A DNA stretch of 32,000 bases. It comes from Candidatus Njordarchaeum guaymasense. GTDB taxonomy: Archaea > Asgardarchaeota > Njordarchaeia > Njordarchaeales > Njordarchaeaceae. The stretch spans positions 1,604 through 33,603 of the forward strand of contig JAUQYT020000065.1 in assembly GCA_030587605.2 (NCBI GenBank), written 5' to 3'. The position numbers and the translations under genes were made by a program. The notes beneath the pieces were generated by a model. That model ran no database searches. It was not told where the DNA came from and saw only the letters and a list, made by a program, of their open reading frames with translations. Shown in pieces: positions 15,911-24,995 of the stretch. Each line of letters opens with the position of its first letter. The first letter of the stretch is position 1.

Positions 15911-16525
15911 ATGGCACAAGAAAACATCTCAGATAGAAATCTAAGAAAAATTCGTGTGAAAATTGTCCTTGTTGGCGATGGCGGCGTTGGAAAGACGTCA
16001 ATTGCTAGGCGTTATCTGGGAGAGGCCTTTAGAGGTGAATACAAGAAGACTATTGGAGCAGAATTTTACGTAAAGAAAAACATATATCATGATGATGAAC
16101 TTGGAGATATCCAGATTGAGTGGTTAATATGGGATCTTGCAGGCCAACCAACTTTTGATCAAGTTCGCCCACTATACTACAGAGGCGCAAAAGCTTCTTT
16201 GGTAGTATTTGATATTACTAGACCAGAAACATACTATAATGTTCCAAAGTGGATAAATGAATTCTGGAAGCATAGTGGTGGTGTATTTCCATTCGTTCTG
16301 GTCGGAAATAAAGTGGATCTAAGAGATGCTTTCGCCGATTCCGCTGTTCCTTCGAGAGTTGGTTTTGAGTATGCCCGAGTTACAAGCAAATATGTTGGTG
16401 TTCAGATCCCCTATATTGAAACTTCAGCTAAAACAGGTGAAAATATAGAGCAGGCCTTTGACTTTCTTGCGAGGGTTATAATAGAGTATTCAAAGGTTAG
16501 GTTGCGTAAAGTAACTCAAAAATAA
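15911..16525 (+). CDS. Rab/Ras-like small GTPase
   Basis: G1 GDGGVGKTS, switch I YKKTIGAEF, G3 WDLAGQ followed by YYRGA, G4 GNKVDL, G5 ETSAKTG. No C-terminal Cys prenylation motif. Confidence 0.88.
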   Translation: MAQENISDRNLRKIRVKIVLVGDGGVGKTSIARRYLGEAFRGEYKKTIGAEFYVKKNIYHDDELGDIQIEWLIWDLAGQPTFDQVRPLYYRGAKASLVVFDITRPETYYNVPKWINEFWKHSGGVFPFVLVGNKVDLRDAFADSAVPSRVGFEYARVTSKYVGVQIPYIETSAKTGENIEQAFDFLARVIIEYSKVRLRKVTQK

Positions 16526-16543
16526 TTTAATAAATTATTTTAT

Positions 16544-17233
16544 TTAGAAGTACTCTAGTTCTTCTCCTTCTACATATGCATCAAAATCTCTTAGCATTTC
16601 GTCGATTTTCCGCAAAGCTTCGATTATCATTTCCCGGGATTTAGCACCAGTACATACAATTTTCCCTGATCTGAATAACAATAATACTACTTTTGGTCTT
16701 ACCATTTTAAATATAAGACCGGGAAATATCTCGGGTTCGTAATGAGCATACTCCCCAGCAAGAGATGCTACTAGCTCTAAGTTTATTGGTTTTCCTAAAT
16801 CTGCGCTAGCTACAATATTTTGTAATTGAATCTCCGGAATTTTCTCTATTTTAAAATCACATTTATTCAAAAGATCTACAACTATTTTTGCAACTTTATC
16901 AAGCTCTTCCTTACTTTTTGCTCCGGTTATCACTAAATTACCAGAACTAAATATAAGTAAACTGGCACGAACATTTAATCTTAATTTTAATATTAATCCT
17001 GGAAATTCCCTTGGTTGATGTCTAACAATAAATGGCCAATCTTCTCCAGTTCCTATTAAGTCATCCCCTGTTTTTCGGCCTTTAGAGAAATCATCCTGCA
17101 GTTCGCTTTGAAGTTTTAGAAGACGCTTATACAACTCTTGCAAATTCAGGGGAGCCCCCAGATTCGCCGAACCAACACAGTTTTCTATTTTAAAGTTATA
17201 TTCCTCTACGAAGTTAACGTCTTTTTCTGACAA
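16544..17233 (-). CDS. tbp: TATA-box binding protein TBP, with an insertion in the first repeat and an acidic tail
   Basis: Two TBP repeats: IENCVGSANLG...FPGLILKL....LLIFSSGNLVITGAKS and LQNIVASADLG...FPGLIFKM....LLLFRSGKIVCTGAKS. Ends in EGEELEYF. Confidence 0.9.
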   Translation of the reverse strand: MSEKDVNFVEEYNFKIENCVGSANLGAPLNLQELYKRLLKLQSELQDDFSKGRKTGDDLIGTGEDWPFIVRHQPREFPGLILKLRLNVRASLLIFSSGNLVITGAKSKEELDKVAKIVVDLLNKCDFKIEKIPEIQLQNIVASADLGKPINLELVASLAGEYAHYEPEIFPGLIFKMVRPKVVLLLFRSGKIVCTGAKSREMIIEALRKIDEMLRDFDAYVEGEELEYF

Positions 17234-17424
17234 TTTGTATCATCTCCTATATTGTTATCTCGTATTCGGATTAAGAATAAATCGAATTATTTTTACTACA
17301 GAATATAAATATATAAAAATCTTCGATATTTTAATAAATCCTACATTTTCAAAAGATTTACTTTCACCTGATCACAGAAATCTGTTTTAGCATATCATAT
17401 TTTACTAAAATCAGCTTTTCTATA

Positions 17425-17826
17425 TTACTCAGAAATTGATACATATTCAAGAACTCTTAGGAACCTTTGAAAAATTGCTTCTTCAAATACAAGTTTACAA
17501 ATTTTAATTGGAAGAATGTATCTTTCCTTCTTCCATATCTTGACTCGACCAATGATTAAGACGTAGTCCCCAACCTGTATTTGATTAATCTCATCAGCAA
17601 TTTTTTCTTTATTGCTTATAACTTTTATCGGTATAACTCCGGTTCCATCGTCAACCTCAAGTATAACAAAATTATTCTCGTCGTACTTTATCATATTAAT
17701 GACAACACCTACTATTTTTACCATAAAAACTTCTTTGTTCGTTTTTTCTCTGAATATTATGCCGTACACCGTATCAATCCTTGCATTTAAAATCTCCCAA
17801 ATAAAAAAATAAGGTGCAACGTTCAT
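17425..17826 (-). CDS. OB-fold nucleic-acid-binding protein (RPA2/Stn1-type OB candidate)
   Basis: VKIVGVVINM...FVILEVDDGTGVIPIKV...QVGDYVLIIGRVKIWKKERYILP matches the OB pattern of RPA32/Stn1-like proteins. The true start may be the internal MVKIVG. Confidence 0.5.
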   Translation of the reverse strand: MNVAPYFFIWEILNARIDTVYGIIFREKTNKEVFMVKIVGVVINMIKYDENNFVILEVDDGTGVIPIKVISNKEKIADEINQIQVGDYVLIIGRVKIWKKERYILPIKICKLVFEEAIFQRFLRVLEYVSISE

Positions 17827-17839
17827 TAGACCACCAAGA

Positions 17840-18625
17840 TTAAAGGTTCTTTATTACTTCAGTGATTAAATTAACTATATCAGGAATTCTTTTATTGAAT
17901 ATCTCAATAACCTCTTCGTGAGTTACTCTTTGTTGCATCCCAGCAGCATAGTTTGTTACAACTGTTATTGATGCATAGCATATTTCTAATTCCTTGAATA
18001 AAAATGCTTCAGGAACGGTCGTCATACCTACAACATCCCCGCCAATCATTCTAAAAAAGTTGATCTCTGCAGGTGTTTCAAACCTAGGCCCCTCCGTACA
18101 AATATATGTACCTCTAGGAAATACACTTAATTTCAGTTTTTCTGCGCTTTCAATAATTTTCTTACGAAGATATGAACAGTACGGCTCAGTAACATCCGTA
18201 TGTACGACTCCCTTTTTCACCCTACCATCCGGCATTGTTAGCTCAAATTCTCCATCAAAAAATGTTGTTTTTCTGTTTTTTGTAAAGTCGATTATTTGAT
18301 CAACAATTACAATAGATCCTGGCGGAAATTCTTTCTTGAGCGATCCAACAGCGTTTGTAGCAATAACATATTTAGCGCCAAGAAGGAATAGTGCTAAAGC
18401 ATTTGCATGATAATTAACCTTGTGAGGGGGTTTTGTGTGTTTTGGACCATGTCTCGTAATAAAGCCAATTTTTTTTCCTCCAAGATTTCCCTTTATTACG
18501 TCAACAGAACCAAATGCTGTTTTAACCCTTAATGTAGTCGTATTAGCTATATTTATAAGATTGTAAAAACCAGAGCCTCCTATAATTCCAATATCTATCT
18601 CTTTTGCAACCAAGTTCCTCACCAT
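17840..18625 (-). CDS. mtnP: S-methyl-5'-thioadenosine phosphorylase / purine nucleoside phosphorylase family
   Basis: IGIIGGSGFY, FITRHG..H..PPHKVNY.AN, TEGPRFETPAE and GGDVVGMTTVPE are typical MTAP motifs. Confidence 0.85.
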   Translation of the reverse strand: MVRNLVAKEIDIGIIGGSGFYNLINIANTTTLRVKTAFGSVDVIKGNLGGKKIGFITRHGPKHTKPPHKVNYHANALALFLLGAKYVIATNAVGSLKKEFPPGSIVIVDQIIDFTKNRKTTFFDGEFELTMPDGRVKKGVVHTDVTEPYCSYLRKKIIESAEKLKLSVFPRGTYICTEGPRFETPAEINFFRMIGGDVVGMTTVPEAFLFKELEICYASITVVTNYAAGMQQRVTHEEVIEIFNKRIPDIVNLITEVIKNL

Positions 18626-18650
18626 ACTTGCTATACATACAATAAAACAT

Positions 18651-18659
18651 TTTTATATA
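18651..18659 (+). promoter_or_regulatory. TATA-box-like element (TTTTATATA) upstream of the S13-S4-S11 operon
   Basis: AT-rich consensus-like element about 55 nt upstream of the S13 ATG. Position-based call only. Confidence 0.35.
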
Positions 18660-18713
18660 GTAAGAATCTCACTCGTAATAATATGAATATCGATTGAATG
18701 GAGACAAGAGAGT

Positions 18714-19205
18714 ATGCCAAAGACCAAATCAAAAATTCCTGAAGAGGTTATCAACGAATTTACTAAGCCTCCTAATTATAGAGATCTTGTTCGTATCGCT
18801 AGTATAGATATCAGAGGCGATCAGCCAATACTTTTTGCACTATCGAGGATTAAAGGGGTAGGCCATAACTTAGCTCGCGTTATTCTTAGGAGGGCAAATA
18901 TTCCAAATGATAAACTTGTAGGCTTTCTTAATGAAGAAGAGATAGAAAAAATCGAGAAAATTCTATCTGATCCTGTTTCTTATGGAATCCCTGCATGGAT
19001 GCTGAATCGACAGAGAGATTTAGATACAGGTAAGGACCTACATTATATAGGATCTGACCTAATTTTAAGAACCCGAAGAGATATTGAAATTATGATTCGT
19101 ATGAAATGTTGGAAAGGAGTTAGACATTCCCTTGGTCTGAAAGTAAGAGGACAAAAAACGAGAACTACTGGTAGAAAAGGACTTATCGCCTCTAAAAGAA
19201 GGTAA
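18714..19205 (+). CDS. rps13: ribosomal protein uS13 (S13)
   Basis: RIASIDIRGDQPILFALSRIKGVGHNLARVIL and the C-terminal WKGVRHSLGLKVRGQKTRTTGR. Confidence 0.92.
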   Translation: MPKTKSKIPEEVINEFTKPPNYRDLVRIASIDIRGDQPILFALSRIKGVGHNLARVILRRANIPNDKLVGFLNEEEIEKIEKILSDPVSYGIPAWMLNRQRDLDTGKDLHYIGSDLILRTRRDIEIMIRMKCWKGVRHSLGLKVRGQKTRTTGRKGLIASKRR

Positions 19206-19218
19206 GTGGTGAGTTTTT

Positions 19219-19740
19219 ATGGGTGACCCTAAGAAACAAAGAAAAAAATATAAAACACCATCTCATCCTTGGCAACGTGAGAGGCTTATAGAAGAGCTTG
19301 AGCTTGTAGGTGAATACGGTCTTAGAAATAAGAGAGAATTATGGCGATTAAAAACTCAATTATCCCATATAAGACGCCAAGCTAGAAAATTGTTGGCTGA
19401 GGCTCCAGAGGAAAGAAGGAAACAAGAACAATCTCTAATAAATAGACTCGCAAAACTTGGACTATTAAGTCCTGATTCGACCCTCGATGATATTCTTAGC
19501 TTAACCGTCCGAGATCTGCTGGAAAGACGCCTTCAAACTGTTGTCTGGAGATCCGGTTTAGCAAGTACACCTTATCAAGCACGTCAGATGATTACGCACA
19601 GGCATATAACCGTTAATGGTAGAATTATTACATCGCCAGGATATCTCGTCTCTATAAATGAAAAAATTGATTTTCACCCGAGATCTCCGTATATTAGACT
19701 TCAAAAGGAGGCTGAAGAGGCTCTTAAGAAGGAGGAATAG
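19219..19740 (+). CDS. rps4: ribosomal protein uS4 (S4)
   Basis: MGDPKKQRKKYKTPSHPWQ..R...E..L...YGLRNKRELWR, followed by an S4 RNA-binding domain. Confidence 0.92.
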   Translation: MGDPKKQRKKYKTPSHPWQRERLIEELELVGEYGLRNKRELWRLKTQLSHIRRQARKLLAEAPEERRKQEQSLINRLAKLGLLSPDSTLDDILSLTVRDLLERRLQTVVWRSGLASTPYQARQMITHRHITVNGRIITSPGYLVSINEKIDFHPRSPYIRLQKEAEEALKKEE

Positions 19741-19743
19741 ATC

Positions 19744-20157
19744 ATGTCTTCTAGTAAAAGTAGAGAAGATCCTCTTAAAATAGGGATCGTGTATATCTAT
19801 GCCAGTAAAAACAATACGATCGTTCATATAACTGATGCTACAGGCTCTCATACCATTTCTCGGAAAAGCGGTGGCATGTTCACCGATGTTGATAGAAACA
19901 AACCGACACCTTGGACAGCAATGGTTGCAGCAAAAGCGGCGGCGGAGGAGGCTCGAACTGCTGGCATTTCAAAGGTGGTTGTAAGAGTTCGCGGTCGTGG
20001 TGGTAACAGATCTCCTCAACCGAATAATCGTGCCGCTAGTGCGGCAATAAAAGCGTTAGTACGCGCAGGTCTTAGAATCATTTCTATAGAAGATGTAACT
20101 CCAATACCGCATGACAGTATAAGAAAACCTGGTGGACGTCGCGGAAGAAGAGTATAG
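19744..20157 (+). CDS. rps11: ribosomal protein uS11 (S11)
   Basis: [21 protein letters not shown]...[14 protein letters not shown]...[37 protein letters not shown]. Confidence 0.92.
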   Translation: MSSSKSREDPLKIGIVYIYASKNNTIVHITDATGSHTISRKSGGMFTDVDRNKPTPWTAMVAAKAAAEEARTAGISKVVVRVRGRGGNRSPQPNNRAASAAIKALVRAGLRIISIEDVTPIPHDSIRKPGGRRGRRV

Positions 20158-20164
20158 AATTTTT

Positions 20165-20614
20165 TTACCTACTCATCATCGATATTTTTTCTCTAGCCTC
20201 AGATGAGCTCTTTATTCCTTTAAACTCGAATTTGGGTAATCTAACGACTTTGATATTCAATCCTTTCTTTCTCGACCATTTTAAAATTTCTTCTTCGCTA
20301 AACACTTGATCAAATCCAAGTGCAACTATATCGGGCCTTAATTCAAGAAGGATATCGAATATGGTTCCGTCATTGATCTTTTTTCCCAGTATTGCTCTAT
20401 CAACTGGCTTTAGATTTTGTACCAATTCTAGCCTTTCCTGCTCATTAAATATTGGCTGGCGATTTTTCAACTTATGAACTGTAGAATCCCTTGCTACAAT
20501 AACAATTAACTCCGAGTTTTTTGATAATCTCTTGGCTGCCCATAAAAATTTTATGTGACCTAAGTGAATTATATCAAAAGTTCCTCCAACAACAATCCTT
20601 TTTTTATTTGCCAT
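20165..20614 (-). CDS. ribL: FAD synthase, archaeal type (RibL; cytidylyltransferase-fold nucleotidyltransferase)
   Basis: VVGGTFDIIHLGHIKFL...ELIVIVARDSTV.KLK.R.PI..E..R.E.V..LKPVD.AILG resembles the Methanocaldococcus RibL pattern. Confidence 0.75.
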   Translation of the reverse strand: MANKKRIVVGGTFDIIHLGHIKFLWAAKRLSKNSELIVIVARDSTVHKLKNRQPIFNEQERLELVQNLKPVDRAILGKKINDGTIFDILLELRPDIVALGFDQVFSEEEILKWSRKKGLNIKVVRLPKFEFKGIKSSSEAREKISMMSR

Positions 20615-20734
20615 ACTTTCTCCCGCATTAAAAGTTCTTAAGAGTTAAATCTTTAATGTTAAGAAAGGTAAGCATCTATTAATAGTTTTATACTTGGAGG
20701 GTAACATCCTAGTTTAACATACGGGGAGTTTAAC

Positions 20735-21472
20735 ATGTCCAGTGAGCAATATATTAAATGCCCTTCTTGTGGATCTAAAGTTCTTATTGGATACAAAATT
20801 TGCCCCTATTGTGGTTTTGACTTACGTCCATTGATAAGAAGGAAAGCCAGTGCTGAATTAACTTTTCGAGATATTATTAGAAGAATCGAATATGTATCGA
20901 TAAAGCCTAGTTCTGTTTTTAGGGAGATCATTCTAGCACCGGAATACAGTGGGCCTTTCCTTATCGTGATTGCTGGTGCTCTATTATTAGCTCTGAGATT
21001 TCTTATAGTGTTGCTTTCCGCCATTCCTAATATCCAACTAGATCTTATGTCAGGACTAGCTATTTTTTTAATCGCGTTTATATCATCGAGTTTGATGTTT
21101 ATATTTATATGGTATTTACTTTCTCTACTGTTGCATGCTATAATTCGCTTAATTGGCGGAATTGGTAGTTTTTCTTTAACTCTCGTTATCGTGGGGTATT
21201 CATTAACGCCACTAATCCTTGGTTTCTTTATATCAAATAATCTTCTATTTTTCGTTCCAAACCTTACAGGAACCTCGCTAATCGACTACTTGGATGTAGC
21301 TCTAAATAGCTCACCTGTTGTCATTTCAAGTTATATATTTACAGGAATGCTTCTATGGTTTGGATATCTTCTCTCGTTGGGGTTTTCTTATGCCCACGGT
21401 ATAAATAAGATTGCATCAACAATTCTCGCATTCAGTACTGTAGGTGCATTATTGCTAATTTTTAATTTCTAA
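20735..21472 (+). CDS. membrane protein with an N-terminal zinc ribbon and a Yip1-like multi-pass domain
   Basis: CPSCGSKVLIGYKICPYCG zinc ribbon, then KPSSVFREII and about 5 hydrophobic helices, as in Yip1-domain proteins. Family call by pattern only. Confidence 0.5.
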   Translation: MSSEQYIKCPSCGSKVLIGYKICPYCGFDLRPLIRRKASAELTFRDIIRRIEYVSIKPSSVFREIILAPEYSGPFLIVIAGALLLALRFLIVLLSAIPNIQLDLMSGLAIFLIAFISSSLMFIFIWYLLSLLLHAIIRLIGGIGSFSLTLVIVGYSLTPLILGFFISNNLLFFVPNLTGTSLIDYLDVALNSSPVVISSYIFTGMLLWFGYLLSLGFSYAHGINKIASTILAFSTVGALLLIFNF

Positions 21473-21558
21473 CTTCTAAATTTTCCTGAATGAATAAATT
21501 CACATACTAGCCGATTAACGGTATTTAAATGAGCTAGAATATTAGTAAGGTAGTTAAA

Positions 21559-22017
21559 ATGATCTCTAAGAAAGTTAATTATGTTAAAATTTCAGCTCAT
21601 GTACATGCTACAGAAGATGAAGATAAGGTCTTAAATGCTATCTATAATTTACTTCCAAAGAAACTAATAAAATATTCTAAAATTAGGGAGATTTTCCGTG
21701 GGCATTTTGGGGATCCTATAATTAGGCTTGAAATAAAAATCGAAAATAGAGAAGATGCTCAACGAATTTTCGAGCATATCATCCGAAATATTTCTGGTTT
21801 TATATATGATGAGTGGTTCTATGAGCGCTTTGATGAAAAAAGTCAGTCTTTTTTCGCACGTCTAGATAAACAAAGTGCTTATCTTGGTAAAGTAAGCCCC
21901 GGTTGGGGGGATGATATTATCCACATAGTTTTTAAATTTGCCTCGTTTCCAAGAATTTCTAAGGAGGATTTTAAAGAGCTTATTGATGTAATAAGAGAAA
22001 AACGAGCTTCAGAGTAA
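21559..22017 (+). CDS. UPF0201/COG1931-type predicted RNA-binding protein (exosome-associated family)
   Basis: KISAHVHATEDEDKVLNAIYNLLP ... ARLDKQSAYLGKVS follow the conserved pattern of this archaeal family. Confidence 0.6.
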   Translation: MISKKVNYVKISAHVHATEDEDKVLNAIYNLLPKKLIKYSKIREIFRGHFGDPIIRLEIKIENREDAQRIFEHIIRNISGFIYDEWFYERFDEKSQSFFARLDKQSAYLGKVSPGWGDDIIHIVFKFASFPRISKEDFKELIDVIREKRASE

Positions 22018-22063
22018 CTGTGATATGTCATGAGTTTCCATTTTGCCAGGTATCATCATCAGC
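22006..22063 (-). ncRNA. candidate C/D-box sRNA with near-ideal box spacing; its 3' end is antisense to the last codons of the 21559-22017 CDS
   Basis: - The minus strand reads GCUG-AUGAUGA(C)-uaccuggcaaaa(12)-UGGA(D')-aacuc-AUGACAU(C')-aucacaguuacu(12)-CUGA(D)-AGC.
- Plus-strand coordinates: C box 22053-22059, D' 22037-22040, C' 22025-22031, D 22009-22012.
- The terminal GCU/AGC can pair. Confidence 0.5.
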
Positions 22064-22067
22064 AACC

Positions 22068-22103
22068 AATTTAAATGATTGTCTTTTGATTAACATTTAA
22101 ATT
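22068..22103. repeat. 10-bp perfect inverted repeat AATTTAAATG / CATTTAAATT separated by 16 nt, made of two TATA-like elements
   Basis: Arms are 22068-22077 and 22094-22103. It lies between the minus-strand sRNA candidate and the plus-strand tatD-like gene, so it may be a divergent promoter pair. Confidence 0.5.
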
Positions 22104-22151
22104 TATGTCGGGTCGAGAAAAAATAAAAATCAATGCATCTGGCTGATTACT

Positions 22152-22976
22152 ATGTCTTTCTGCAGAAAGCTATTAGATCAAGACCTTTTAAACCTAATAC
22201 ATAGTATAAGATATAACTATATTGTCGACGCACATTGCCACCTAGAATCCGAGTTATATCCAGATAAAATCAGGTACGAAGTTATAAACAAAGCTGTGGG
22301 ATTAAATATAGTAATGATTACAACTCCGTTAAGCCCTTCTGAAAGAACTCTTGCTTTTGAATTAAGATCCCTTTATCCAAAGAATATATATGTAGTTACT
22401 GGGTATTATCCTCTATCGAATGAAGATATTCAATTAGTAATAGAATTTATTAAGAGAAATCGTGATAATATAGTGGGTATCGGAGAAGTAGGACTTGATT
22501 TCAAGCCTCCAAATAATGCATTAGAAGTTCGTTTACGACAGCTCGAGATTTTTGAAATCTTTATAAAACTAGCTAAAGACCTATCATTACCGCTAGTTGT
22601 GCACTCCAGAAGCGCGGGGAAATACGCTATTGAAACATTGATTAAAAATCAGGCGGAAAATGTTCTGATGCACGGCTTTAGCGGAAATGCTAAATACGCA
22701 AAGAAAGCCGTCGAGGCTGGGTTCTATTTCAGTATACCACCAACTGTGATTTTTAGTAAGCAGAAACAGAATTTGGTTCGAGCAATACCCATAGAAAATA
22801 TACTATTAGAGACGGACTCACCGGTAATGTCTCCAAACAAAGAGACTCTAAATTATCCATGGAATGTTTTCTTGTCGGCAAAAAAGATTAGTGAGTTAAA
22901 AAATCTTGACATTACCGAAGTTATTAACATAACAGCTAAAAATGCACTAGAGCTCTTTAGAATTTCTCCTCCTTAG
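22152..22976 (+). CDS. tatD: TatD-family metal-dependent hydrolase/deoxyribonuclease
   Basis: DAHCHLE, GEVGLDF, VVHSR, HGFSG and ETDSP motifs occur in the canonical order. Confidence 0.85.
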   Translation: MSFCRKLLDQDLLNLIHSIRYNYIVDAHCHLESELYPDKIRYEVINKAVGLNIVMITTPLSPSERTLAFELRSLYPKNIYVVTGYYPLSNEDIQLVIEFIKRNRDNIVGIGEVGLDFKPPNNALEVRLRQLEIFEIFIKLAKDLSLPLVVHSRSAGKYAIETLIKNQAENVLMHGFSGNAKYAKKAVEAGFYFSIPPTVIFSKQKQNLVRAIPIENILLETDSPVMSPNKETLNYPWNVFLSAKKISELKNLDITEVINITAKNALELFRISPP

Positions 22977-24370
22977 CTGCCAGCTTTAATATCGCTTATT
23001 ACGTTTAGGAGCTCAGCTTTAAATTTCTTATGAAGTTTTATTAGCTCCTCTTCATCATCTGCTTCGGTCATCATCCTAATAACCGGCTCTGTATTACTAG
23101 GTCTTATAAGCACAGATCCATGTTGAAGGTATATCTTTACACCATCAATAGTACTTGTTTCATACTTTTTCTCATAAAGTTCTGCGAGCTTAGATACAAC
23201 AATCCATTTAATCTTGTCCGGAACATCGAAATTCTCTCTCTTAACATAAAAATGACCTATTTCATCATAAATTTCACTAACTTTTTTTCTCTTATTTGCA
23301 ACAAGCACTGAAAATAGATAAGCTGCAAATATCGCATCATCATAGTAGAAGCCATACAATGGCAGAAATATATGATAACTTCCTTCAATTCCTAATTTAG
23401 CATTGTTCTTTTTGGCCGATTCAGCGACAAACACGTCGCCTACTCTTGTCTCCACAGCCTTGATTCCCATTTCTTCTAGTTTATTTCTAATGATCGATGC
23501 GCACTCTGCATTATAAACAACAATGTCTCCTGATTTAAGAAGCTCTTTTGCTAGGAAAATTCCTACTATTTCTGGCGGCACTCTTCTTCCACGCTCATCG
23601 AGAATTACAACTCTGTCCCCATCTCCGTCGAATACCATGCCTATTGCGTTTTTATTTTCTTTTACCACCGCAATAGTTTTACTTATATCCCCATCAACAG
23701 GATCTGGGGATCCTGATGGAAAGGTTCCATCAATGTTTGCATTTAATGTCATAACTCTATTACCTGCCGATAGAAGATAAGGAGCTACTTTTCCTGCAAT
23801 ACCATTTTTTGTGTCTAGTATGATCTCTAGTTGTCTCTCTTGCGGTGGCGCTTTTTCCATTACAAAGTTTATGTAATCCTGTATTATTTTAGACTCATCT
23901 AAATGAATAATTCTTCCGATATTATTCCATTCAGCCCACTTAATTTTTCCGCTGAAAAATCTTTTTTTAACTTCAGTATTCTCCTTGGAGAATCCAGTTC
24001 CATCACTCTTTCTAAAACGAACACCATTCCATTGAGGAGGATTATGTGACGCTGTAACATATGCACCACCATCAAATTCCTTGTTTGCCCATAGAGAATA
24101 ATAAAACACCGTTATCGGTAATGTATTTAAAAGAAATACATCTAAGCCGGCTCCTGTAACCCCTGCGCTAATCGAATTAATTAACATTGGAGTAGATATA
24201 CGTCCATCTCCGGAGACAGCTATGTTTTTTCCACCATATTCCTCGATTATATTAGCAAATATTGCTGACGCTTTTGATATAACATCTGGAAATAAGTTTT
24301 CACCCACAATACCTCTTATATCATAAGCTCTAAATATATGTTCTATATCTTTATCGTGTATTAGAGTCAT
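22973..24370 (-). CDS. phosphohexomutase family enzyme (phosphoglucosamine mutase / phosphomannomutase-phosphoglucomutase)
   Basis: Active-site loop [11 protein letters not shown], metal-binding FDGDGDR, sugar-binding GIEGSYH, C-terminal RPSNTEP. Confidence 0.88.
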   Translation of the reverse strand: MTLIHDKDIEHIFRAYDIRGIVGENLFPDVISKASAIFANIIEEYGGKNIAVSGDGRISTPMLINSISAGVTGAGLDVFLLNTLPITVFYYSLWANKEFDGGAYVTASHNPPQWNGVRFRKSDGTGFSKENTEVKKRFFSGKIKWAEWNNIGRIIHLDESKIIQDYINFVMEKAPPQERQLEIILDTKNGIAGKVAPYLLSAGNRVMTLNANIDGTFPSGSPDPVDGDISKTIAVVKENKNAIGMVFDGDGDRVVILDERGRRVPPEIVGIFLAKELLKSGDIVVYNAECASIIRNKLEEMGIKAVETRVGDVFVAESAKKNNAKLGIEGSYHIFLPLYGFYYDDAIFAAYLFSVLVANKRKKVSEIYDEIGHFYVKRENFDVPDKIKWIVVSKLAELYEKKYETSTIDGVKIYLQHGSVLIRPSNTEPVIRMMTEADDEEELIKLHKKFKAELLNVISDIKAGS

Positions 24371-24381
24371 TTATTTCACCG

Positions 24382-24954
24382 GTGATATTCGTGAATAAGA
24401 TTTTGGTACTACGATTAGGTCATCGCATTGAGCGCGATAAACGTGTGTCAACCCATGTCGGGTTGGTAGCTAGAGCTTTTAATGCCGATGGGATTATATA
24501 TTCTGGAGAGTTCGATAATAATCTTATTAATAGTATTAAAAAAGTTATAGAAAAATGGGGAGGTCCTTTTCTTGTATCCTATACTCCCGATTGGAAGAGA
24601 GAAATAAAAAATTTACGCGATAAGGGTTTTGTTATAATTCATCTTACAATGTATGGCATTAATCTTCCTGATGTAATTGACTCCATAAAATCCGAATTTT
24701 TTGATAAAAAGAAAAATTTAGTTGTTGTTGTCGGAAGTGAAAAAGTTCCAAGAGATCTATATGAAATTGCAGATTATAATGTCGCCATTGGAAATCAGCC
24801 TCACAGCGAAATCGCAGCACTTGCTGTTTTTTTAGATTGGTTATTTGAAGGAAAAGAACTTTTGAAAACATTTAATAATGCTAAGATTAGAATTATTCCC
24901 TCAGCAAGAGGAAAAAAAGTTGTTATTAAAAATTCGAAGTCTTCTAATACTTAA
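24382..24954 (+). CDS. trm56: tRNA (cytidine56-2'-O)-methyltransferase aTrm56 (SPOUT)
   Basis: [30 protein letters not shown]...WGG...HLTMYG...VVVGSEKVP...[17 protein letters not shown] start at 24382 or 24391. Confidence 0.85.
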   Translation: MIFVNKILVLRLGHRIERDKRVSTHVGLVARAFNADGIIYSGEFDNNLINSIKKVIEKWGGPFLVSYTPDWKREIKNLRDKGFVIIHLTMYGINLPDVIDSIKSEFFDKKKNLVVVVGSEKVPRDLYEIADYNVAIGNQPHSEIAALAVFLDWLFEGKELLKTFNNAKIRIIPSARGKKVVIKNSKSSNT

Positions 24955-24995
24955 TATGGTTGTCTTTTATTTTATAGCATTAATTAGTTGCATAA

